Assembly (NCBI GenBank): GCA_963716205.1
Contig: OY970290.1
Coordinates: 520,322-584,321, forward strand
From: an uncultured bacterium
Lineage (GTDB): Bacteria; Patescibacteriota; Minisyncoccia; Phycocordibacterales; GWA1-40-21
Length of the DNA: 64,000 bases
Reading direction: 5' to 3'
The stretch's first letter is position 1. The number at the start of each line of letters is the position of its first letter. This document shows positions 40,916 to 48,387 of the stretch, one piece after another. The position numbers and the translations under genes were made by a program. Below the pieces are notes generated by a model. It was given only the letters and a program-made list of their open reading frames with translations. It was not told the origin of the DNA and did no database searches.

Positions 40916-43900
40916 TTACGGCGTTGTTGTAGCATCTGTTTGTGACAGGTCTGATGTTGTCGCCATGTCCGCATCGCTGCTTGCATCTTGGTCATCCGTT
41001 GATGATGCATCGCTTACGACCGTCTGATCGTCTGTTGAAGTCGCTGTTTGATCGTCAACTGATGAGGAATCCGTGCTTGATGCCGAATCATCCGTCGAAG
41101 TTGCCGTTATATCCGATGGATCGGAAGAGCTTGCTTCAGTTGTGGTTGCAATTTGCGTCGAATCTCCTGCCGAAGAAGGTGTCTGTATTTCAGTTGGAGC
41201 GAGAGAAGAACTTACATTACTATTGTCCATAATCGCTTGGAGCTGATCGCCGGTCAAACATACTTCAGTTCCGTCTGATTTGGCAACACAAATCTGATTT
41301 GTATAAATTTGTTTCGCAAATATTTCGTCAAAATATCCCCTGATTGCCGTTACTCGAGCTGAAATAAAATTAACAAGAAATTCGGTACTTGAAGCTATTT
41401 CCTGACCGATCACCACATCGGGATCTTGAGCTGTTTCGGATTGAATCGTTGATATGAGCGTGGAAAGACCGTTGTCAGTGCTTGAAGCAGATGGAGAAAT
41501 ATCACCGAGAAGTGCCGATTGTTCTTGAATCGCCTTTATAATTACGGGCGTGATCTGACTATAATCAAGCGCGTATGGCAAACCCTGATCATCGAGAACG
41601 ACTGCTTCCGGAATAAGCGGATAAACTTCTTCCGCAATCAAACCGTTTTGAAGCGCGGTTGTGCCGCTATCATAATAATAATTCACCGGTCGCAAAGCAT
41701 CAATCGTTTCCAGACCCATGGTCAAATCTGTTATGTCATTTTTGAAACGCTCGGATGAAGTATTGCATGCATTTTGCGCAGCACCCTTTACAACTCTATT
41801 GCCAGCCGTAATACATAAAACCGTATTGCCATTGCTTTGAGGACCAGGGTTGCTAAAATCCAATGTTCCCGCTCCAAGCGTCAGTGTGTCCAAAGATGAA
41901 CCGATACCGATAGTATCGGCCGTCGTATTATTCGTCCCAATATTGATTGCATCGCCGGCAGTGCCTGTGCCGATATTTATCGTCTTTGCATTATTTCCCG
42001 TTCCAAGATTCACCGTTCCCGTTGTTCCCGAATCAAGCGTGACGGAACCTGTTGTGCCGGAGGTTATTGAAACATTGCCAGTCGTTCCGGTGAGAAGCGT
42101 CAATCCGCCGGTACCAGAATCCAATGCCAAACTTGTCGCGCCGGTCGTATTTCCCAGAGTAATCGTCTTTGCAATATTGATACCGATATTCATTGCCCCC
42201 GTGCCAGAATCAAGAGTCAGCGCGGAAGCGCCGTTTGTCGAACCGATAACAATCGTCTGCGTAGCTGCCCCATTTCCAATATCAATCGTTCTCGCTTGAG
42301 CGCCAGTGCCAATAGCAATATTTCCCGTACCGGAATCAACCGTAACAGTTGATGTGCCTGTTTGATTTCCGATATTTATTGTTTTTGCCGAAGCGCCGGT
42401 GCCAAGATTGAGTGTTTGAAGTCCTGCAGTTGCAACACCGGAAAGAATATTAACGGTTGAATTCGCGGCGGAGGCGCCAGCTGCAATATTCAAAACTTGA
42501 GCGGAAGTATTTGCGCCATTTCCTACTGAAATAGTATTACCAGCTGTTCCATTTCCAATATTTATTGTTTTAATGCCAGTGCTGCCTCCGCCGAAATTTA
42601 AAATCTGCGCACCAGTCGAGCCACCAACATTGATGGTGCCTGTCATTGCGCCGTTTGAATTGCCGATATCAATCGTGCCGGTCGTCAATGCACCGCCGAT
42701 TGCAATAGATCCGCCGACTTGTGCATTGCCGATTCCGATAACGTTTGCACCGGTGCCGCCAATATTTATTGTTTCGACAGATGCAGCCGCATTGCCAAGA
42801 TTGATCGTTCTCGCAACGGCGTTTGTGCCGATTTCAATATTCCCCGTACCGGCATTTAAAACAAGTGATGTCGCTCCCGTCCCATTTCCAATAGTAATAG
42901 TTTTTGCATTTGTGCTTGTTCCAATGTCTATGTTCCCGGTAGTTCCAGAATCAAGATCCAAATTCCCTGTCGTTCCAGAAACCACCAAAAGAGATGCTGC
43001 AGCAGCAGATGTAAGTGAAAGCGTATTATTTGAAGTAAGTAATGTTGCTCCTGTTCCGGTAAATGTGGCGGATGTGGTTGCAATAGTAAAACGATTGGCG
43101 CCAGCGGTAATAAATGAAAGCGGATTTGCATCGGTCGTACCGAGCGTTGCGGGAGCCCCGAAAGCGTTGCCTGATTGTTCGAAAGCATACGAACTTATAT
43201 TTTGCTGATTGGCGGGCAAAGAAGCTACATGCCATGTTGATGATTGAGTGTTGTAAATAAACTCCGCGATATTATCCGTTGTCAAAATAATACTGCTCCC
43301 TGTCGGAGTTTCAACGCGATTTGCCGCAGTGGATGAACTATCCGTATCGGTAATGGTCAGAGTAAAATTGCTGTCATTCAAAAGATAAAATACCTTGCCG
43401 TCAATGCCTCCGGAAAAACCGGTGAAAGTTGCCGGGCCGTTTCCGTTATAAATAAACCATGAACCCGTTCCCAAATTTACATTATTTTGAGATCCCGTTG
43501 TCATATAGTCAGCTCCTTCCGGAATAAGAAAATTACCCGATATGGAAATATTAGTTGTTGAAGCGCTGCCCAATGTTGTTTGCCCAGATACCGTGAACGT
43601 ATTGGAACCCAAATTTACATTTGCATTTGCTCCAGTATACGGAACATAAAGTGAACTTGATGCAAACGGAATATACGCAAGTGAAGTCGAAGCTGAAAGT
43701 GGAAGATATGCTGCTGCGGCTGATGTGGTTGAAAGATATCCAAGCAAAGTAGTGGTAAAGGTTGAAGTAGAGACGTAATTCGTAAGAGTGGATGTAGTTG
43801 CCGTGACATATCCTGCCGGATTGGTGTTGAGATAATACAAAGTTGAGGAGGCAAATGGAATGTACGCCAATGATGTCGAAGCTGAGAGCGGAAGAAATGT

Positions 43901-46567
43901 ATTATTTACATACGTGGTCGAAGCGTATGTCGATGATGCATATGCCGATGTAATGTAATTAGAAAGTAAATTAGCAGTCGATGTCGCGATGACATTACCC
44001 TTTGTATCGACTGCGAGAAATGAATTTGCAAGATTTGAAATATTTAATGCTTGGGTCGTCGAGGTACCGATGATAGAAAGTGCGGTTGCCGGAGTCGTCG
44101 TGCCGATGCCTATTTTTCCGGCAGTATCAATATTGAACACTCCTGTTTGATTCCAATCCGAGGTCAAAGGACCGAGCGAAACTTGCGTTCCAAATGTCGT
44201 AAGACCGCTCATAAAAGTAAAATTGGCGGAGGCTGAAAGCTGAACCCACTCGGACAAAGAAGAAGAATAGGTGAAAGATACATCGTGATAAAAAGCGTTT
44301 GTATTGCTTACAAATACCGCGTAATTATTTACGGGAGCTGCAAATGTATAGGTAAAAGCTCCCGCTGAACCTCCGGTAATTTCAACGATGTAATTCTTTT
44401 TTCCCGTCATTGAGCCGGATGGTGTTGATGTTGATGAAAAATCAATACCCATATAATCGCCGATAGCCAAAGATTTGATCTTCACCCAAGAAGGGCTTTG
44501 GTATTGGACCAGATCTCCCGCGGCAAAGCTTGACCATGCGCCGGTATTGCCTCCGGTATTTATTATGTAGGCATCATCATTATTTGGTGAAGCAATCGGA
44601 GCACTCGCATCACCGATTACATTTATGACTTGCACCGGATTCTGCCAGATTAATCCGGTGGCAACATTATCCACGTATGTTTTTACGGCATTCTGCGTCG
44701 GATACAAAATATCCGAAGTTCCAAGCGTAGTACTTGTGGATTTATCGCTTAAAACTTCAAAGGTAGATGATGCGTATGTATAAGGAACATAATTATTTGT
44801 CAGTGTTGAAGTGGAAACATAGTTTGAAGCAGCCTGAGCAAGCGAAAGAAATGTTGATGAGGCATAGGTAAATGTCGGAAAAGTATTATTCACATATGTT
44901 GTTGAAGCATACGTCGAGGAAGCGTATGCGAATGTGACGTAATTGGAAAGTAAATTTGCGGTCGATGTCGCGATGACATTGCCACTTGCATCAACAGCGA
45001 GGAAATTGTTGACAAGACCGTTGCCGAGGGAAAGCCGGCTGATTGATGTGGTGGCAAGGGTTGAGATGCCAGAAACATTAAGTGCCCCGAGCGTGCCGAG
45101 CGATGTGAGAGATGAATTCAAAATTCCGGATCCCAATGTATTTGAGGTTAATACATCATTACCGGTAATTTGATATTTTGTTTGAGTATTGACGATGCCA
45201 TTTGTGGTAGTTGAAAGACCGTCGACTGAAATAGCGTTGGCTGCCGTGAGATTTGTTGCGGAAACATTGCCGAGCGTTACAAGCCCGACAAGATTTATTC
45301 CTCCTGTTCCTGAATTAATATTTATTGCCGTCCCTCCCGTCCCATTGCCTATCGTAATCGTCTTTGCATTCGTGCTTGAACCGATAGAAATATTTCCTGT
45401 TGTTCCGGAATCAAGATTGAGATTTCCCGTAGTGCCGGAAGTTATATCAAGATCGGATGCAGCAGCAGATGTAAGTGAAAGCGTATTATTTGAAGTAAGT
45501 AATGTTGCTCCTGTTCCGGTAAATGTGGCGGATGTGGTTGCAATAGTAAAACGATTGGCGCCAGCGGTAATAAATGAAAGCGGATTTGCATCGGTCGTAC
45601 CGAGCGTTGCGGGAGCCCCGAAAGCATTGCCACCCTGTTCATAAGCGTATCCTGCTATAGTTACGGCAGTTGCCGTTAATTCCGTTACTTGCCATTTGGC
45701 GGCAGGTCCGTCATATTGAAAATCAATGGAAACATTCGGAGGGACCGTCAGCGTGCCGCCAGTTGAAGTAATAATACGATCTGCAGCGACTGAATTGGCA
45801 TCCTGATCAGTAAAAAATATATTTGAAGTGGAATGATTTGAAACTCGTTTTTGTTCTCCATCAACTCCAGCCGCCATGCCGGTGAATGTTGCCGGGGCCG
45901 ATCCCGCATAATCAGTAACGGAACCGTATCCGAAATATACATTATTTTGCGTTCCCGTCGTGACATAATCCGGAGTTTTAGTGGTAACAAACGGTCCCGG
46001 AAGCGTGCTCGTGCCTGCCACAGTAAGATTGCCGCTCGCGGAAATATCGCCGGTATTATCAAAATTGATATCGCCGAGAGTTCCGTGAAAATCAAGTGAA
46101 TTTCCGTTGAAAGAAAGTGTTCTGTTTCCGGAAAGCGTCAGATCCGAATTGCCGATGTCCGGACTTGAACCGGTATTCCACACCGGAGTTCCGCTCGCAG
46201 AGACTGTCAGCACCTGACCGCTTGTTCCGATTCCGAGATTTGCAAGCGTTCCCGGACTGAGAGCATAAAGAATATCTCCGGGATTATACAATGAAAGACC
46301 GGTACCTCCTTCAGAAGGCGCAAGCGCGGTTGTAAGTCCGGAGAGAGATGTTATATCAGAATTCGCACCCGATGCCGCCCCTGTCGATGTGGCAATACCG
46401 CATGTTGACAAGCTATCAGTCGGGGGGCAATCCGGCTCAAGCGTCACGCCGGGCGCATAAAGCGTTGCGTAGACATTTTGTGCAAAAAGAAAAAGAGATG
46501 CAATGACAAAACAGAAGATAAATATCTTTTTATGTTCTTTTTTGAAGCTGTCTCGTAAATTGCTCAT
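40916..46567 (-). CDS. Giant secreted fibre/adhesin-like protein (1883 aa) with a C-terminal peptidase S74 intramolecular chaperone domain
   Basis: Signal peptide; many T.NIG/DSGTTG repeats; SSERFK.DI.DL..GL..I..LRPV.Y...GLIAEEV...P..V...LDY..I.P.IIKAIQEQ; acidic Ser/Thr tail. Confidence 0.88.
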   Translation of the reverse strand: MSNLRDSFKKEHKKIFIFCFVIASLFLFAQNVYATLYAPGVTLEPDCPPTDSLSTCGIATSTGAASGANSDITSLSGLTTALAPSEGGTGLSLYNPGDILYALSPGTLANLGIGTSGQVLTVSASGTPVWNTGSSPDIGNSDLTLSGNRTLSFNGNSLDFHGTLGDINFDNTGDISASGNLTVAGTSTLPGPFVTTKTPDYVTTGTQNNVYFGYGSVTDYAGSAPATFTGMAAGVDGEQKRVSNHSTSNIFFTDQDANSVAADRIITSTGGTLTVPPNVSIDFQYDGPAAKWQVTELTATAVTIAGYAYEQGGNAFGAPATLGTTDANPLSFITAGANRFTIATTSATFTGTGATLLTSNNTLSLTSAAASDLDITSGTTGNLNLDSGTTGNISIGSSTNAKTITIGNGTGGTAININSGTGGINLVGLVTLGNVSATNLTAANAISVDGLSTTTNGIVNTQTKYQITGNDVLTSNTLGSGILNSSLTSLGTLGALNVSGISTLATTSISRLSLGNGLVNNFLAVDASGNVIATSTANLLSNYVTFAYASSTYASTTYVNNTFPTFTYASSTFLSLAQAASNYVSTSTLTNNYVPYTYASSTFEVLSDKSTSTTLGTSDILYPTQNAVKTYVDNVATGLIWQNPVQVINVIGDASAPIASPNNDDAYIINTGGNTGAWSSFAAGDLVQYQSPSWVKIKSLAIGDYMGIDFSSTSTPSGSMTGKKNYIVEITGGSAGAFTYTFAAPVNNYAVFVSNTNAFYHDVSFTYSSSLSEWVQLSASANFTFMSGLTTFGTQVSLGPLTSDWNQTGVFNIDTAGKIGIGTTTPATALSIIGTSTTQALNISNLANSFLAVDTKGNVIATSTANLLSNYITSAYASSTYASTTYVNNTFLPLSASTSLAYIPFASSTLYYLNTNPAGYVTATTSTLTNYVSTSTFTTTLLGYLSTTSAAAAYLPLSASTSLAYIPFASSSLYVPYTGANANVNLGSNTFTVSGQTTLGSASTTNISISGNFLIPEGADYMTTGSQNNVNLGTGSWFIYNGNGPATFTGFSGGIDGKVFYLLNDSNFTLTITDTDSSSTAANRVETPTGSSIILTTDNIAEFIYNTQSSTWHVASLPANQQNISSYAFEQSGNAFGAPATLGTTDANPLSFITAGANRFTIATTSATFTGTGATLLTSNNTLSLTSAAAASLLVVSGTTGNLDLDSGTTGNIDIGTSTNAKTITIGNGTGATSLVLNAGTGNIEIGTNAVARTINLGNAAASVETINIGGTGANVIGIGNAQVGGSIAIGGALTTGTIDIGNSNGAMTGTINVGGSTGAQILNFGGGSTGIKTINIGNGTAGNTISVGNGANTSAQVLNIAAGASAANSTVNILSGVATAGLQTLNLGTGASAKTINIGNQTGTSTVTVDSGTGNIAIGTGAQARTIDIGNGAATQTIVIGSTNGASALTLDSGTGAMNIGINIAKTITLGNTTGATSLALDSGTGGLTLLTGTTGNVSITSGTTGSVTLDSGTTGTVNLGTGNNAKTINIGTGTAGDAINIGTNNTTADTIGIGSSLDTLTLGAGTLDFSNPGPQSNGNTVLCITAGNRVVKGAAQNACNTSSERFKNDITDLTMGLETIDALRPVNYYYDSGTTALQNGLIAEEVYPLIPEAVVLDDQGLPYALDYSQITPVIIKAIQEQSALLGDISPSASSTDNGLSTLISTIQSETAQDPDVVIGQEIASSTEFLVNFISARVTAIRGYFDEIFAKQIYTNQICVAKSDGTEVCLTGDQLQAIMDNSNVSSSLAPTEIQTPSSAGDSTQIATTTEASSSDPSDITATSTDDSASSTDSSSVDDQTATSTDDQTVVSDASSTDDQDASSDADMATTSDLSQTDATTTP
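42998..43165. repeat. 168-bp exact direct repeat, copy A (copy B at 45458-45625)
   Basis: Identical sequence at an offset of 2460 bp, inside the giant gene. Confidence 0.9.
45458..45625. repeat. 168-bp exact direct repeat, copy B
   Basis: Identical to 42998-43165. Confidence 0.9.
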
Positions 46568-46614
46568 GAAATAAATTTGATTAAATGAACAAATTTTCGG
46601 GCTTCATGAGCCTC
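46562..46614 (-). promoter_or_regulatory. Putative Com-binding hairpin with an overlapping anti-AUG helix in the adhesin leader
   Basis: mRNA GA-GGCU-CAUGA-AGCC; GCUCAUGAA is fully complementary to UUCAUGAGC, which spans the start codon; inner AAAUUUG/CAAAUUU stem. Confidence 0.72.
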
Positions 46615-46630
46615 CGTATCTTATTTGCAG

Positions 46631-47101
46631 TTATAACTTTTTTTCTAGAATGACTTCCACGCCGATATAAAACATGACTTCGCCGTGGACATTAAGAATG
46701 GGTGATATGGAAAAATCAACCTCATATAATTCGCCATTCTTTCTTTTGTTCGTCACCTGGGTCTTGAATGTCTTGTTGCCGTCTTTTATTTCTTTCCACA
46801 TTTCATTATAAAATTCCTGAGACATTTGTTTTCCCCACATTTCCGACGGCTTCTTGCCGATAGCCTCATGAAGATTGTATCCTGTTGCATCTTCCGCCGC
46901 TTTATTGATAAATAAAATCTTTCCTGACGGATCGGTAATGATCACTTGCTCAACCATTTCCTCAAATGCAATATTGAGTGTGCCGCACCGAAGACATTTT
47001 ATTTCAAAACGTCCACGCAGCAAATTCTTTGCGATAAGCTTACCGCATTTTACACAACGAAGCTCCTTTTCTTTCTTATTTTTTTCTAAATTATCACTCA
47101 T
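46631..47101 (-). CDS. Com-family (Mu Com-like) zinc finger fused to a PAS/PAC domain, 156 aa
   Basis: LRCVKCGKLIAK...FEIKCLRCGTLN, then VIITDPSGKILFINKA.E..TGY...EAIGK...NKRKNGELY......SPI...G; likely start MSDNLEK at 47101 rather than 47233. Confidence 0.85.
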   Translation of the reverse strand: MSDNLEKNKKEKELRCVKCGKLIAKNLLRGRFEIKCLRCGTLNIAFEEMVEQVIITDPSGKILFINKAAEDATGYNLHEAIGKKPSEMWGKQMSQEFYNEMWKEIKDGNKTFKTQVTNKRKNGELYEVDFSISPILNVHGEVMFYIGVEVILEKKL

Positions 47102-47165
47102 AATATTAATATTACTGCCATTACATAAACTTACTTTTATGAGCTTCAAGGAGCTTCGGAACTTC
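47096..47165 (-). promoter_or_regulatory. Putative Com-binding hairpin with an anti-AUG helix in the com-PAS leader
   Basis: mRNA GA-AGCU-CCUUGA-AGCU; GCUCAUAA pairs with UUAUGAGU, which spans the start codon. Confidence 0.68.
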
Positions 47166-47272
47166 CAACTATCTATTATTATAACATACATAATGAATAC
47201 TCCATACTCTATTGTGGATATGTCAACATTCAACTCTCTGTATAGGATAGGTCTTTCGATAAAAAACTAAAC

Positions 47273-47305
47273 TGCTGACCGTTTGGGATGATATCCGAAC
47301 GGTTT
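47273..47305 (+). repeat. att-like direct repeat copy 1
   Basis: TGCTGACCGTTTGGGATGATATCCGAACGGTTTT. Confidence 0.85.
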
Positions 47306-47372
47306 TACAAAAATTGAAATAAAAGAAAAGACCTCCTGATTATGAATCATTCGGTCTTTGTTTTGTGTTGAA

Positions 47373-47567
47373 TTACAGGTCTTGAACCATGATGCCTGTT
47401 CCACTTAATTCAACGGCATCAACTTTCACTTCCTCCCCCTTTTTATTGTTGAAAGTGAATTCTCCTCCCATAACCTCAGTATTAACTTCGGCTATCACCG
47501 TTGGACCGATGTTGTATGTTTCCTGTATCTTTTTGGGAATTTTGGTCAGCTTCGCACGCTGAGACAT
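47373..47567 (-). CDS. 64-aa hypothetical cassette protein
   Basis: AAGGAG SD before ATG 47567, own promoter and downstream hairpin. Confidence 0.7.
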   Translation of the reverse strand: MSQRAKLTKIPKKIQETYNIGPTVIAEVNTEVMGGEFTFNNKKGEEVKVDAVELSGTGIMVQDL

Positions 47568-47611
47568 TTTTCCAACTCCTTGATTTTGATTGTGCAACAA
47601 ATTCAATAGTG

Positions 47612-47639
47612 ATTATATAAGATAAAATTTATTTGTCAA
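47612..47639 (-). promoter_or_regulatory. Sigma70 promoter
   Basis: TTGACA-16 nt-TATAAT. Confidence 0.75.
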
Positions 47640-47640
47640 A

Positions 47641-47674
47641 TGCTGATCGTCTGGGATGATATCCGAACGGTTTT
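47641..47674 (+). repeat. att-like direct repeat copy 2
   Basis: TGCTGATCGTCTGGGATGATATCCGAACGGTTTT (2 mismatches to copy 1). Confidence 0.85.
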
Positions 47675-47697
47675 GATTAAAAATATAGAGGAATAAT

Positions 47698-48192
47698 CTA
47701 TTGTTCAGCTGTAAGACCAAGAGTATTTTCGATATAGTCTATACTCACTTTTTTCCCTTTAATCTGATTTTCAAAAGTTTCTTTGTCAATAAAGTAAACT
47801 TTAACGCCGTTTTCAATCATCGCTTGTAGACCAGAATCAAAATGAATTTTGTTGAGCGGTTTTACCTTTTCTTTCGTTGACCATTCCCTACTCCATTGTT
47901 TTGGGTCTAAAGTAAAATGTGCATCCGGTAATTCATAAATGGTGCCGCCCTTATCAAGCTCCATAAATTTTTCTTTATTAGAAATCACATAATAATAAGT
48001 TCCATTTTCATATCCCTTCGATGAATCGTTGTCATACATTCGAACCAAAAATAATGTTGCACCAGCCATATCGGGGCTTGCAAATAGTAATTCACCTTCT
48101 TCTTTCTTCCTATAACTTTTTTGTTTTGGCTCAAGTTCTTCAATATTCCTGTCAGACGAGCCGTGATAGAATTTTTCGGGTTTTCCTTCCAT
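47698..48192 (-). CDS. Hypothetical protein, possible ADP-ribosyltransferase-like fold
   Basis: FYHGS...LEP...LFAS...G.IYEL...EW.T...VKP pattern. Confidence 0.55.
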   Translation of the reverse strand: MEGKPEKFYHGSSDRNIEELEPKQKSYRKKEEGELLFASPDMAGATLFLVRMYDNDSSKGYENGTYYYVISNKEKFMELDKGGTIYELPDAHFTLDPKQWSREWSTKEKVKPLNKIHFDSGLQAMIENGVKVYFIDKETFENQIKGKKVSIDYIENTLGLTAEQ

Positions 48193-48387
48193 ATTAAAAT
48201 TATATCAAATTTGAAAAGTATTTGCTGTCCGACTCGTGCTGGAACCGTACTCGGTCAAGGCCTGTAATGTCCGTTTGTTAGATTTTTAAGTTTTAAAACG
48301 ACGCGACTTGAGCTAGTTGAAAAAGTGACAAAAGTGACACTTTTAACAAGTAAAGGTTACACGTGCGTGTAACCTTTATTATATCTA

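Noticed and set aside
42998-45625. Diversity-generating retroelement TR/VR pair
   Set aside because: The copies are identical rather than differing at adenines, and there is no reverse transcriptase in the window
40916-47101. Prophage
   Set aside because: S74 and Com domains are phage-like, but the fibre has a signal peptide and there are no structural, packaging or lysis genes
47102-47233. N-terminal extension of the Com-PAS ORF in the track
   Set aside because: Looks like leader sequence containing the RNA motif; ATG 47101 directly precedes the zinc finger
47273-48260. CRISPR array
   Set aside because: Only 2-3 repeats, separated by 330-550 bp gene-containing spacers; no cas genes
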